Shown here in pieces: positions 1-12,416 of a stretch of 64,000 bases of DNA (the stretch's first letter is position 1; the number at the start of each line of letters is the position of its first letter). A program made the translations under genes and the position numbers. The DNA is from an uncultured delta proteobacterium (lineage in GTDB: Bacteria > Myxococcota_A > Polyangia > Polyangiales > Houyiibacteriaceae), in NCBI GenBank assembly GCA_963817725.1, contig CAWFPD010000010.1, positions 413,104 to 477,103 of the forward strand. The letters are read 5' to 3'. The notes beneath the pieces are model-generated. The model was not told the origin of the DNA. It saw only the letters and a list, made by a program, of their open reading frames with translations, and ran no database searches.

Positions 1-1
1 G

Positions 2-232
2 CTGGGTGTTCCGGTTCAGTCCCGGGCCCTGCAGGGTTTGGACTCTCTGCTTTCGATCGTTCAGATGCCCGCTGGGATCCCCGTGGGGACGATGGCCATC
101 GGACAGAGCGGTGCCGCCAACGCCGCCTTGCTAGCAGCCGCGTTCCTCGCGCGAGGGGATCGCGGGCTTCGCGAGCGACTTCAGGCCTACCGCGTCGCGC
201 AGACCGCCAGAGTGCTGGAGGCCACGCTATGA
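2..232 (+). CDS. purE: N5-carboxyaminoimidazole ribonucleotide mutase PurE, C-terminal fragment (5' end outside window)
   Basis: The frame is open from base 2. The translation [46 protein letters not shown] matches the conserved PurE C-terminal core. The stop overlaps the purK start (ATGA at 229). Confidence 0.9.
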   Translation: MGVPVQSRALQGLDSLLSIVQMPAGIPVGTMAIGQSGAANAALLAAAFLARGDRGLRERLQAYRVAQTARVLEATL

Positions 233-1497
233 CCCCGCTGCTGCCGGGATCGACCCTCGGGATCATTGGAGGAGGACAGCTTGCCCGCATGATGGTGCTC
301 GAGGCGCGGCGTATGGGCTATCGCACCTGCGTCCTCTCACCCCGAGACAGCGATCCTGCCATCGATTTGTCTAACGATTGGGTGGCCGGCGAGGTCGATG
401 ATGAGGAGGCGGCACAGCGCCTCGCGCTGCGCAGCGATGTCATCACCGTCGACACCGAGCACGTCCCGGCGTCGATACTCGAGGATCTCGCGCTCATTCG
501 CCCCGTGCGACCTTCCGGTTCAGTGCTTCGAACCGTCCAGGATCGTCGTGTTCAGCGCGCCTTTCTGCAACGCATCGGGGCGCCGCAGCCGCAGTGCGCA
601 TCGATCAACTCGATCGAGGCTCTCGAGCAACGAGCCCGAACGTTCGGCTTCCGCGGCGTGCTCAAGAGCGCGCATGCTGGATACGACGGAAAAGGCCAGG
701 CGATCATCCACGGCGAACACGACCTCGCCGGAGCCTGGCAAGCGGTCGGAAGGCGGGCGGCCGTCCTCGAGGAGTTCGTCGACTTCGATTTCGAGATCTC
801 GGTCCTTCTCGCGCGGAATCCACGGGGAGAACTGCGGTTCTACCCCGTCGCGCTGAACGCGCATCGGAATCGAGTGTTGCGGTCGACGGTTGCCCCAGCT
901 CCGATCCCAGCAGCGCTCGAGGCCGAAGCGATCGAGATCGCGGGCCGCATCGCCGGCGCGCTCGACCACGTCGGCATGATGGCCGTCGAGATGTTCGTCG
1001 TGGACGGAAGTAAGCTCCTCATCAACGAGATCGCCCCGCGCCCCCATAACAGCGGACACTTCACCTTCGGAGCCTGCGCGACCTCTCAGTTTGAGCAGCA
1101 CGTGCGCGCCGTGTTTGATCTGCGCCTGGGCGATCCTGCGCTGTCACGTCCAGCTGCCATGGTGAACCTCTTCGGTGACCTTTGGCTCGAAGGTCGACCG
1201 GATTGGACAGCGGTGTTCTCGACCCCGCAGGCTCACCTTCACCTCTACGACAAGCTCGAACCGAAACCGGGAAGAAAGATGGGTCACGTGCTCGTCCTCG
1301 ATCAGGACCCGTTTCGGGCGCTTCAGGCCGGAGAACGAATCCTCGAAAAGCTTAGCGCCCGTCCCTCCGCCGCGTCGAAGCAAGCGCGGGGGGGCTTCCT
1401 GTGCTCCGGTCGAGCGATGAACCCCACGAAACGAAGAGCCATGGAGATTGTGGTTCCAACGGGCGATGGAATCGCTCCGGTGAAAACTGAATCCTGA
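229..1497 (+). CDS. purK: N5-carboxyaminoimidazole ribonucleotide synthase PurK (ATP-grasp, bicarbonate-dependent)
   Basis: 422-aa ORF with N-terminal [13 protein letters not shown], an ATP-grasp core and the PurK/PurT-type motif [14 protein letters not shown]. It is translationally coupled to purE. The C-terminal ~45 aa are not recognisable. Confidence 0.9.
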   Translation: MTPLLPGSTLGIIGGGQLARMMVLEARRMGYRTCVLSPRDSDPAIDLSNDWVAGEVDDEEAAQRLALRSDVITVDTEHVPASILEDLALIRPVRPSGSVLRTVQDRRVQRAFLQRIGAPQPQCASINSIEALEQRARTFGFRGVLKSAHAGYDGKGQAIIHGEHDLAGAWQAVGRRAAVLEEFVDFDFEISVLLARNPRGELRFYPVALNAHRNRVLRSTVAPAPIPAALEAEAIEIAGRIAGALDHVGMMAVEMFVVDGSKLLINEIAPRPHNSGHFTFGACATSQFEQHVRAVFDLRLGDPALSRPAAMVNLFGDLWLEGRPDWTAVFSTPQAHLHLYDKLEPKPGRKMGHVLVLDQDPFRALQAGERILEKLSARPSAASKQARGGFLCSGRAMNPTKRRAMEIVVPTGDGIAPVKTES

Positions 1498-1515
1498 AAG
1501 AGCGACGAAAAGAAC

Positions 1516-3132
1516 ATGCACGACTGGATCCCTCAATTCATCATCTTGGCCCCTCTCGCCCTGATCGCGGTAGGGCTCGTACCATCGCGCCTCGCTGACC
1601 GCAGGCCGGAGGTGATGCTGAGACTGGCGAGATGGGCGGCCGCTCTCGCACTTGGAGGCTCGCTCGTCGCGGCCGCGTTGCTCTTCGCCACATACCCGAT
1701 ACGCCCGACCCAAGGTCTCGTCTTGGGCGCTTCCAGCGTCGGAGTGTCGGTGTACTACGATGCTCTGTCGGCGGTGATGGCACTGCTGGTGTCCTTTGTG
1801 GGTGCCATCGTGGTCGGGTACAGCCGCAACTACCTCGATGGTGACCCCGGTCAGGGCCGCTTCGTCAAGTGGTTGTGTCTCACTCTCGCAGCCGTCTTGA
1901 CGCTCACGATCTCGGGCAACCTTCTGCAGTTCACGCTAGCGTGGGTCGCGAGCAGCCTCTGCTTGCATCAGCTACTCGTTTTCTACGGGGATCGTCGAGC
2001 CGCACGCTTGGCTGCGAGAAAGAAGTTCCTCGCGAGTCGCTTGGGTGACGTCTGCCTCGCTTCGACGATGGTCTTGGTTTACCTCACTTTCGGAAGCCTC
2101 GATTTCGCGACGGTTTTCGCGGAGGCAAACACGCTCCAAGACTCGACCAGCCTGCCGACCTCGATTCATGTCATCGCGGTCTTGCTGGTCGTCGGTGCGA
2201 TGCTCAAGTCGGCGCAGTTCCCTTTCCACGGTTGGCTCACCGAGGTCATGGAGACGCCAACCCCGGTATCTGCGCTCTTGCACGCTGGAATCATCAACGC
2301 AGGTGGGTTCTTGATCCTGCGCCTCAGCGACCTCGTCTCCCTCTCGGTGTTCGCACTCGAGACACTCGCGCTTGTCGGCGGATTGACTGCTCTGTTCGCG
2401 TCAGTGGTCATGCTGACCCAGACGAGCATCAAGGTGTCGCTGGCGTGGTCCACGATCGCGCAGATGGGCTTCATGATGTTGCAGTGCGGACTCGGCGCCT
2501 TCTCCGCAGCAGCTCTTCACATCGTCGCCCACTCACTGTACAAAGCGCACGCGTTTCTTTCCGCAGGAAGCGTCATCGACATCTCACAGGCTTCGTGGGT
2601 TCCGAAATCGCATGGAAAGCCGCATCCAGCTCGACTGGCTCTCGCGCTCGCGGGTGCGGTTGGTCTCACATGGGCCGTCAGCTCCGCGTTTGGTGCTTCA
2701 CTGACTCGAGCGCCAGGAGTGTTCGCGCTTGGTGCAGTCATGGTCATGGGGGTGACCCACCTCGTCGCCAACGCGATCGATGAACGCCCGAGCGCATTCG
2801 TGATTCTGCGTGGCGTAGGCCTAGCCACTGGTGTCGCGATCACCTACTTCGCCCTCCAACTCGGCGCCGAGCTGCTCATGGCCGGGAGCCTTCCCGAGAA
2901 GCAGGCCCTGCGCGGCCCCCTGGACCTCGCCATCGTAGGGGCTGTGATCCTGATGTTCGGCGCGGTCACGGTTCTTCAGAACACGATGCCCTACCGCATG
3001 ACAGATCCGAGGTGGCAAGCGCTTTACGTCCACCTCTTCAATGGCCTCTACGTCAACGCCATGACCAACGCCCTCGTGCAACGGTGGTGGCCCGTCCATG
3101 AGGTGATCCCGAGAGAAGGAGCCCGCCCGTGA
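1516..3132 (+). CDS. dabB: NuoL/MnhA-like proton-conducting membrane subunit, DabB/MpsA-type
   Basis: 538-aa polytopic membrane protein carrying complex-I subunit-5/antiporter signature stretches (KSAQFPFHGWLTEVMETPTPVSALLHAGIINAGGFLILR). No other nuo/mnh genes are adjacent. The stop overlaps the GTG start of the DUF2309 gene (GTGA at 3129-3132). Confidence 0.75.
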   Translation: MHDWIPQFIILAPLALIAVGLVPSRLADRRPEVMLRLARWAAALALGGSLVAAALLFATYPIRPTQGLVLGASSVGVSVYYDALSAVMALLVSFVGAIVVGYSRNYLDGDPGQGRFVKWLCLTLAAVLTLTISGNLLQFTLAWVASSLCLHQLLVFYGDRRAARLAARKKFLASRLGDVCLASTMVLVYLTFGSLDFATVFAEANTLQDSTSLPTSIHVIAVLLVVGAMLKSAQFPFHGWLTEVMETPTPVSALLHAGIINAGGFLILRLSDLVSLSVFALETLALVGGLTALFASVVMLTQTSIKVSLAWSTIAQMGFMMLQCGLGAFSAAALHIVAHSLYKAHAFLSAGSVIDISQASWVPKSHGKPHPARLALALAGAVGLTWAVSSAFGASLTRAPGVFALGAVMVMGVTHLVANAIDERPSAFVILRGVGLATGVAITYFALQLGAELLMAGSLPEKQALRGPLDLAIVGAVILMFGAVTVLQNTMPYRMTDPRWQALYVHLFNGLYVNAMTNALVQRWWPVHEVIPREGARP

Positions 3133-5687
3133 GTTCAACGCTTGCAGAAACGACCATCAGCCTCGAGCAGGCGGAAACCAGACGCAACGGAAGACCTCCG
3201 TCGCCTGTGCGGCCGGTCCCGTCGCCCAGTCACGGTCTCGGCCTCGCGATCTCTCGCGCAGGGTCTCGTATCCCACCACTATGGCCGCTCAAGAACTTCG
3301 TCGCCGTCAATCCATTCTTGGGACTCGCGTCGCAGAGGTTCGAGGAAGCCTGTCAGACGATGAAACGCGTGACGGGCGCACGGATGCTCCTGCCCCGGCA
3401 CCGCTACCGAACGCTGATCGCGGCAGGCCGGATCACCCAGGATGATCTGCGCGAGGCCCTAAAATTGGTGCGGAACGTGACCGGCACACCGACAAGCCTC
3501 TCCGATCTAAACGAGGCGGTCGACGACGAGCCGGAATACGTCGACGCGGCATTCACGACCGTGACCGAGACTCTAGATCGTGTTCACGGCCTCGAGACCG
3601 ACCTCCTGATGGTCGGCGAGATCTCGAAATGGTGCGCGGCCTACTGGGACGAGGGGCAAGCGGCATGGACCATGCCCTGGCGACGGCTTCCCTTCTATGC
3701 GGCGTGGCGCGCCTCGACTTCCCTCGACCGAACCGCGGAGGTCATGGGTTTCGCAGGGTTTCGAGAGGCGCTTGCGAGCCTTCCCGATGATCCTGTCGCG
3801 ACGATCGAGATGGTGGTCGACGCTCTCGGGCTTCCCGCCGATGTGCTCGAGGGCTACCTTCACCGCGCACTGTTCAGCGTCCGAGGCTGGGCTTCCTACG
3901 CCCGATACCTCGGCTGGTTTCAGGAGCTCGAAGGGCAGGACGACGACACGGTGATCCAAGTCTTGGCCGTGCGTCTAGCGTGGGACTACGCACTCTACAC
4001 GCTGCATCGTGAGGCGACCTTTCGCAGCGCCTGGCAGGAGTCGGTCGTCACGATGCAAGGCGTCGTGTCGAACCACGACCAGGATCGGGATCTTCTCGTC
4101 GACGCGATTTTGCAAAGCGCGCTCGAAGCGTCGTATAGGCGCGCGCTCACGGAGGCCCTTGCAAACCCTCCCGAAACGTCGCGCACTCCGGAATCGCGAC
4201 CTCCGCTCCAAATGGCGTTCTGTATCGACGTTCGGTCGGAGGTCTTCCGCCGGGTCCTCGAAAAGGTGGCGCCTCAGGCGGAGACGATCGGATTCGCTGG
4301 GTTCTTCGGTTTCCCCCTCGAGTACGTTCCCATCGGTAAGACGCGTGGGCAGGCACACTGTCCCGTTCTCTTGACCCCGAAGTTCGTGGTGCCGGAAGCG
4401 GTTGCGGGCGCGAATGACGATGAGACGAAGGAGATTCTCGGGCTTCGACTGCTGCGACGTCGGGCTTCCAAAACGTGGAAGTCTTTCAAGAGCTCAGCCG
4501 TATCTTCGTTCGTATTCGTCGAGACAGCAGGGCTTGCCTTCGCAGCGAAGCTGATCAGCGACGCCACGGGCACCACTCGCACGGTGACGCATCCGAGCGC
4601 GGACGGACTCGATGCGAAGACTGTTTCCCGCCTGGCGCCCGACATCGAACCGGGCGTGCTTGGCACTCGAAAAACCGGTCTCGGCGACGAGGAGCGGATC
4701 CAGGTCGCGGAAAGCGCCTTGAGAGCGATGTCCCTGACGCGCGATTTCGCGCGACTGGTCGTGTTTGCCGGACATGGGAGCACGACGGTCAACAACCCGC
4801 ACGCCTCCGGGTACGACTGTGGCGCGTGTGGAGGTAACCCCGGGGATGCGAATGCGAGGGTTGCAGCATTGGTCCTCAACGATGAGCAGGTCCGCGTTGG
4901 GCTCCGACAACGTGGAATCGACATTCCCGACGACACCTGGTTCGTCGGGGCCTTGCACGACACGACGACCGACGAAATCCGAGTCTTCGACCGGGAGCGC
5001 GTTCCCGAGTCTCATCTCGGAGATCTGCAAAGTCTCGATGCCTGGGTCGAGCGGGCGTCATCGTTGGCACGCCTCGAACGCTCGGCTCTACTCAATACGG
5101 GCTCTGGAAACGTCGAAGAGAGAGTCATCGCGCGGAGTCGCGATTGGTCGCAGGTGCGACCCGAATGGGGCCTCGCGCGCAACGCGGCATTCATCGCTGC
5201 GCCACGAGCCCGGACCCGGGGGATCGACCTCGAAGGTCGCGTGTTCCTCCACGATTACGACTCGCGTCAGGATTCCGACTGGAGCGTGCTCGAGTCGATT
5301 CTCACCGCCCCCGTCGTCGTCGCAACTTGGATCAATCTTCAGTACTACGGCTCGGCGGTCGATCGAGAGGCCTTCAGCTCCGGCAACAAAGTGCTTCACA
5401 ACGTAGTCGGGACGCTAGGTGTTCTCGAGGGCAATGGGGGAGACTTGAGGGTGGGCCTTCCGTGGCAGTCCATCCATGACGGGCACCGCCTGGTTCACGA
5501 ACCCCTCCGGCTCAACGTTCTCATAGAGGCTCCAACCGATCGAATCGACGCGGTTCTCGAGAAGCACGCCAACGTCCGCGAGCTGGTCGACAACGGTTGG
5601 TTGCACCTGCTGGCCCTGGGCGACGGTCACGACGCGTACTTGCGGGATCCGATCGAAGGCCATTGGCTTCCCGTGGCCCAGGGCTGA
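3129..5687 (+). CDS. dabA: DUF2309 protein, DabA/MpsB-type inorganic carbon transporter subunit
   Basis: 852 aa. It shows the DUF2309 hallmarks: N-terminal WPLKNFVAVNPFLG, the beta-carbonic-anhydrase-like ligand motif FCIDVRSE, and HGSTTVNNPHASGYDCGACGG. It is paired with a NuoL-like gene, as in DAB/MpsAB systems. Confidence 0.85.
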   Translation: MSSTLAETTISLEQAETRRNGRPPSPVRPVPSPSHGLGLAISRAGSRIPPLWPLKNFVAVNPFLGLASQRFEEACQTMKRVTGARMLLPRHRYRTLIAAGRITQDDLREALKLVRNVTGTPTSLSDLNEAVDDEPEYVDAAFTTVTETLDRVHGLETDLLMVGEISKWCAAYWDEGQAAWTMPWRRLPFYAAWRASTSLDRTAEVMGFAGFREALASLPDDPVATIEMVVDALGLPADVLEGYLHRALFSVRGWASYARYLGWFQELEGQDDDTVIQVLAVRLAWDYALYTLHREATFRSAWQESVVTMQGVVSNHDQDRDLLVDAILQSALEASYRRALTEALANPPETSRTPESRPPLQMAFCIDVRSEVFRRVLEKVAPQAETIGFAGFFGFPLEYVPIGKTRGQAHCPVLLTPKFVVPEAVAGANDDETKEILGLRLLRRRASKTWKSFKSSAVSSFVFVETAGLAFAAKLISDATGTTRTVTHPSADGLDAKTVSRLAPDIEPGVLGTRKTGLGDEERIQVAESALRAMSLTRDFARLVVFAGHGSTTVNNPHASGYDCGACGGNPGDANARVAALVLNDEQVRVGLRQRGIDIPDDTWFVGALHDTTTDEIRVFDRERVPESHLGDLQSLDAWVERASSLARLERSALLNTGSGNVEERVIARSRDWSQVRPEWGLARNAAFIAAPRARTRGIDLEGRVFLHDYDSRQDSDWSVLESILTAPVVVATWINLQYYGSAVDREAFSSGNKVLHNVVGTLGVLEGNGGDLRVGLPWQSIHDGHRLVHEPLRLNVLIEAPTDRIDAVLEKHANVRELVDNGWLHLLALGDGHDAYLRDPIEGHWLPVAQG

Positions 5688-5690
5688 CAC

Positions 5691-6581
5691 TTGAACGATC
5701 TCCAACAGCTGGAAGCGGAGGCGGTCTTCGTGATCCGTGAAACCGCTGCCCAGTTCGAGAAGCCGGCGCTCTTGTTCTCGGGAGGAAAAGATTCAATCGT
5801 CATGGCTCATGTGGCCTGCAAAGCGTTCCATCCGGCTCCGCTGCCGTTTCCCCTTCTTCACATCGATACCGGGCATAATTTCCAGGAGACATTGGAGTTC
5901 AGAGACCGCTTCGTCGCCCGGATAAGCGCACGACTGGTCGTGGGGAGCGTGCAGAAGTCGATCGACCGGGGCCGCGTGCAAGAAGACACCGGCCCCCACG
6001 CCAGCCGCAACGCGCTTCAGATCGTCACGCTGCTCGACACCATCGAGGAGCACGGCTTTGATGCATGCCTCGGAGGAGGGCGTCGCGACGAGGAGAAAGC
6101 GAGGGCGAAGGAGCGATTTTTCTCGCACCGCGACCGCTTCGGCCAGTGGAACCCTAAAAACCAGCGGCCCGAGATCTGGAACCTCTACAACGGTCTCAAA
6201 GCAAAGAGCGAAAATTTTCGAGTCTTCCCGCTCTCCAACTGGACTGAGATCGACATCTGGCGCTACATCAAAGCCGAGGACATCGAGCTTCCCAGCCTCT
6301 ACTTCGCAGCCGAGCGGCCATGCCTGAAGCGCGACGGCGCGATCCTGATGATTTCCGAATTCGTCGCACCGCGCGAGGGCGAGACCGTCGAACGAAAGAG
6401 CATACGGTTTCGCACCATGGGAGACGCCACGATCACCGGTGCGGTCGAATCGAGGGCTTCGACGCTCGATGCCGTTCTCGTCGAGGTTGCGCTTGCAGTG
6501 GACACGGAGCGCGCCAGCCGCGCGGACGACAAGGTCACGACGACGGCGATGGAGGATCGGAAACGCGAGGGATACTTTTAG
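5691..6581 (+). CDS. cysD: Sulfate adenylyltransferase subunit 2 (CysD)
   Basis: TTG start 3 nt after the dabA stop. It has the PP-loop LLFSGGKDSIVM and is colinear with E. coli CysD, including RDEEKARAKERFFSHRDRFGQWNPKNQRPE and the C-terminal RKREGYF. Confidence 0.92.
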   Translation: MNDLQQLEAEAVFVIRETAAQFEKPALLFSGGKDSIVMAHVACKAFHPAPLPFPLLHIDTGHNFQETLEFRDRFVARISARLVVGSVQKSIDRGRVQEDTGPHASRNALQIVTLLDTIEEHGFDACLGGGRRDEEKARAKERFFSHRDRFGQWNPKNQRPEIWNLYNGLKAKSENFRVFPLSNWTEIDIWRYIKAEDIELPSLYFAAERPCLKRDGAILMISEFVAPREGETVERKSIRFRTMGDATITGAVESRASTLDAVLVEVALAVDTERASRADDKVTTTAMEDRKREGYF

Positions 6582-6633
6582 CGCCTAGATTCGATTGCCT
6601 TTCGGACGATGTATCTCGCCTGGTACGCAGGCC

Positions 6634-6670
6634 ATCAAGAACAAAGCCCCGCCTCTTTCGAGACGGGGCT
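6634..6670 (-). terminator. Rho-independent terminator of the rrn operon (possibly bidirectional, also closing cysD)
   Basis: Hairpin AGCCCCGCCTC-TTTC-GAGACGGGGCT (11-bp stem, one mismatch) at about 6645-6670. On the minus strand it is followed by TTTGTTCTT, just downstream of the 5S. Confidence 0.7.
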
Positions 6671-6676
6671 TCGATA

Positions 6677-6795
<119 letters not shown>

Positions 6796-6925
6796 CCGTA
6801 GAAAGTTTCTCTTCACCGCTTTGTGAGCGGATCAGAAGCAAGTTCGAGCGTCCGTTTTGATGGAACGTCTCGAGCTCTTCCTTCCAACCCTGACCTCGAG
6901 CCACGTACGAAACGTGTCTTAGAAG

Positions 6926-9927
<3,002 letters not shown>

Positions 9928-9977
9928 TTGCTCCTAAGACGCATTTCGTCCTCAGGCTTCGACAAATCGCCGATCCG

Positions 9978-10047
9978 CCGCTTACCTCCTCGGTCGCTCC
10001 GCTGCGAGGTACTGTAGTACCTCTCACTTCGCTTCCTGCGGGGGCGC
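9978..10047. repeat. Spacer hairpin module, copy A (between tRNA-Ala and 23S)
   Basis: Plus strand GCTTACCTCCTCGGTCGCTCCGCTGCGAGGTACTGTAGTACCTCTCACTTCGCTTCCTGCGGGGGCGC. It contains the perfect hairpin GAGGTAC-TGTA-GTACCTC. Confidence 0.7.
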
Positions 10048-10232
10048 TGGCGCCTCGACGATTTCTCTTCGCCTAAGGGTGGTGGCGTTACCAAACGCGA
10101 ATATTTGGGATACCACCGTGTGGTCTGTCACGACGGAAGTTGTGACGGACCACGCTCGCAACTCGAGGCCAGGGTTCGAAAGAAGAGCCTGGCCACAGTC
10201 GCGGCTAGAAAGAGAATTTTCTACTTTCTTCA

Positions 10233-10246
10233 GTTGTCAAAGAGCT
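10233..10246 (-). promoter_or_regulatory. boxA-like antitermination element (spacer, upstream of 23S)
   Basis: The minus strand reads AGCTCTTTGACAAC, resembling the E. coli rrn boxA GCTCTTTAACAA. Confidence 0.55.
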
Positions 10247-10409
10247 GCGAGAATCGAGCTTTGAATCTTGATTGCTCGGGTCGATGGCGCGCGTTTGTCG
10301 CGTCGCCGACCGGAACGATCAAGAGTGGTTCGTCACGAGGTTTTTGGCAAGTCGCCTCATCACTGTCGAGTGACTCATCTCGGACCCGGGGGTGGCGGGC
10401 GTGACTCGG

Positions 10410-10482
10410 TGGAGCTGAGGGGGATCGAACCCCTGACCTCCGGCTTGCAAAGCCGGCGCTCTCCCAGCTGAGCTACAGCCCC
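10410..10482 (-). tRNA. tRNA-Ala (anticodon UGC)
   Basis: The reverse complement GGGGCTGTAGCTCAGCTGGGAGAGCGCCGGCTTTGCAAGCCGGAGGTCAGGGGTTCGATCCCCCTCAGCTCCA folds as a cloverleaf. The anticodon loop is CTTTGCAAG and the G3:U70 alanine identity pair is present. CCA is not encoded. Confidence 0.95.
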
Positions 10483-10511
10483 TTGGCTTTCGTCCCAGCT
10501 CCGGCACCTGG

Positions 10512-10582
10512 CCGGCTTACTCCCATCGTCGCTTCGCTGCGAGGTACTTGAGTACCTCTCACTTCGCTCCTCCGGGAGACGC
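10512..10582. repeat. Spacer hairpin module, copy B (between tRNA-Ile and tRNA-Ala)
   Basis: Plus strand CCGGCTTACTCCCATCGTCGCTTCGCTGCGAGGTACTTGAGTACCTCTCACTTCGCTCCTCCGGGAGACGC. It has the same orientation as copy A, with hairpin GAGGTAC-TTGA-GTACCTC. Confidence 0.7.
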
Positions 10583-10701
10583 TCGCCCATGCACCGAATC
10601 TGGAACGAAATCCATTCCTTGGAATGGAGGCATGGGAAGCCTGGGCATCTTGTCTCGGACACATGGTCCGGGCGCAGGGTTCTTGGGGTCAGGTCCGAGC
10701 G

Positions 10702-10770
10702 GCGCCCCCGCAGACCCGGAGTGAGAGCTACATCGGTAGCTCGCAGCGGAGGGTCGAGGAGGTAAGCCGG
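10702..10770. repeat. Spacer hairpin module, copy C (inverted relative to A and B)
   Basis: Its reverse complement is CCGGCTTACCTCCTCGACCCTCCGCTGCGAGCTACCGATGTAGCTCTCACTCCGGGTCTGCGGGGGCGC. This is colinear with copy A, and the hairpin arms are changed in a compensatory way (GAGCTAC…GTAGCTC). Confidence 0.7.
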
Positions 10771-10794
10771 AGCTGGCGCAAAAGGACAAGCCGG

Positions 10795-10868
<74 letters not shown>

Positions 10869-10881
10869 GTGTTTCTCGCAA

Positions 10882-10894
10882 GCTGTCAAAGACG
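10882..10894 (-). promoter_or_regulatory. boxA-like antitermination element (leader, 13 nt upstream of tRNA-Ile)
   Basis: The minus strand reads CGTCTTTGACAGC. It is the second copy of the TCTTTGACA core seen in the 23S-proximal spacer. Confidence 0.5.
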
Positions 10895-11005
10895 CATCGG
10901 AAGTGGATTCGGTGAACCTTGTCCGGAGCTCGTTCGGGCGTAAGCCCTGAAAACTACTCCGCTTTGTTGGTTCCCGTCCCCAACTTCCTCCGCAAAGGGA
11001 CGCCT

Positions 11006-11058
11006 TCTTTAGCGGCCTTCACCTAACCGGTCAAGCACTTTCCAAAAAAAGGAATAGC
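11006..11058 (-). promoter_or_regulatory. Candidate rrn promoter with A/T-rich UP element
   Basis: The minus strand reads CTATTCCTTTTTTTGGAAAGTGC-TTGACC-(17 nt)-TAAAGA. It lies about 135 nt upstream of tRNA-Ile and is the only A/T-rich tract in the 240-bp gap. Confidence 0.4.
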
Positions 11059-11106
11059 CCGCAACTCCCTTTTTCTAACCGGCCGTGAACATTGAAGAAT
11101 CCGAGC

Positions 11107-12291
11107 TCACGCATCGTTCCGGTACATCGTGACCACGCAGGCACCGCCGAGGCCCAGATTGTGCTGGAGCGCGATCCGCGCACCCTCCACCTGCCGGCGA
11201 TCGGCTTGCCCGCGGAGTTGCCACACGAGCTCGGTGCACTGGGCTAGCCCGGTGGCGCCGAGCGGATGTCCCTTGGAAAGCAGACCGCCGGAAGGATTGG
11301 TGACGTACTTGCCGCCGTACGTGTTGTCGCCTTCCTCGATGAATTTCTCGGCGTCGCCCGGTGCACACAGTCCCAGCGCTTCATAGGTGAGCAGCTCGTT
11401 GGCCGTGAAGCAATCGTGCAGCTCGACCACATCGACGTCCTCGGGGCCGATACCGGTCTCTTCGTAGACCAAGTCCGCGGCCTGCTTCGCCATGTCGAAG
11501 CCGACCATCTTGATCATGCTCTGCGGCTCGAAGCTCGAAGAGAAGTCCGTAGTCATCGCCTGGCCGGCAATCTGAACGAGGTCGCTCTTGCCGTGCTTCT
11601 TCGCAAAGTCCTCCGAGCAAAGCACCGCGGCGGCAGCGCCACAGGTCGGAGGGCAGCACTGATAGCGAGTCAGCGGCTCGAACACCTGCGGTGCGCGCAT
11701 CACATCCTCGAGTGAAAGCTCATCGGTGAAAATCGCGTAGGGATTCTTGGCTGCGTGCTTGCGAGCTTTGACAGAGATCTTGGCAAACGTCTCCGGCTTG
11801 GTCCCGTGATCTTTGGCATACTCACGCCCTGCCCCACCGAACATCTGAGCGGCCACCGGCGCAGGCGCGAAACCCTGCACGTCGTTCATCACCTGCACGT
11901 GTTGGACGAGCGGTGTAATCCGATCGGTGTATTTGGATCCGAGCGCGCCCTTTTCCATCTTTTCAAAGCCCACGGCAATCACGCATTCCGCGAGACCGCC
12001 CTCGATCGCCTGCCGCGCAAGCATGAGCGCGGTGGAGCCAGTGGAGCAGTTGTTGTTGACGTTGTAGATGGGAATGCCCGTGACGCCGACGCGATACAAA
12101 GCGGCCTGTCCACAAGTGCTGTCACCAAACACGTAACCGGCATAGGCTTGCTCGACCTCGTCGTACGGAATGCCGGCGTCCTCGAGCGCGGCGCGCGCGG
12201 CGTTGGCGCCCATGACGTCGTACTCCTCACTCGTGCCGGGCTTTGCAAACCTGATCATCCCGACACCCAGCACGTTGACTTTTCGCTTCAT
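11107..12291 (-). CDS. SCPx-type (SCP2-thiolase, 'lipid-transfer protein') 3-ketoacyl-CoA thiolase
   Basis: The start is taken at [12 protein letters not shown], which has GGAG upstream. There are long runs that I recall as near-identical to the animal SCPx thiolase domain: [84 protein letters not shown]. There is no SCP2 domain. Confidence 0.85.
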   Translation of the reverse strand: MKRKVNVLGVGMIRFAKPGTSEEYDVMGANAARAALEDAGIPYDEVEQAYAGYVFGDSTCGQAALYRVGVTGIPIYNVNNNCSTGSTALMLARQAIEGGLAECVIAVGFEKMEKGALGSKYTDRITPLVQHVQVMNDVQGFAPAPVAAQMFGGAGREYAKDHGTKPETFAKISVKARKHAAKNPYAIFTDELSLEDVMRAPQVFEPLTRYQCCPPTCGAAAAVLCSEDFAKKHGKSDLVQIAGQAMTTDFSSSFEPQSMIKMVGFDMAKQAADLVYEETGIGPEDVDVVELHDCFTANELLTYEALGLCAPGDAEKFIEEGDNTYGGKYVTNPSGGLLSKGHPLGATGLAQCTELVWQLRGQADRRQVEGARIALQHNLGLGGACVVTMYRNDA

Positions 12292-12354
12292 GTTCCTTCT
12301 CTCCTGCGCGCAAGGATTGCCGGCCGTACGAGGAGCGGCCAGCCGTACTTGGGC

Positions 12355-12383
12355 TTGACACTGTATGTAACGTTCGTTACAGG
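12355..12383 (+). promoter_or_regulatory. Candidate promoter plus palindromic TetR-type operator of the enoyl-CoA hydratase operon
   Basis: TTGACA (12355-12360), 17-nt spacer, TACAGG. The spacer contains the perfect inverted repeat TGTAAC-GTTC-GTTACA (12366-12381). GGAG lies 7 nt before the ATG at 12417. Confidence 0.4.
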
Positions 12384-12416
12384 ACTCGAACAAGAGCCCG
12401 AACGCGGAGAAGCTAC

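Noticed and set aside
1360-1497. About 45-aa C-terminal extension of PurK relative to E. coli PurK
   Set aside because: It is low-complexity and unrecognisable. It could be a genuine disordered tail. There is no evidence for a fused domain or a frameshift, so it is not reported as a finding.
10884-10889. TTGACA hexamer (minus strand) first read as a -35 box
   Set aside because: It lies 17 nt from the mature tRNA-Ile 5' end, so a -10 would fall inside the tRNA. The same TCTTTGACA core recurs upstream of the 23S, which fits boxA antitermination elements instead.
10869-11106. Search for a 16S rRNA gene or remnant upstream of tRNA-Ile
   Set aside because: There are only 238 bp before the next CDS. 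There is no match to the 16S 3' end (GGATCACCTCCTT) or other conserved 16S blocks. The gap is better explained as a promoter plus leader.
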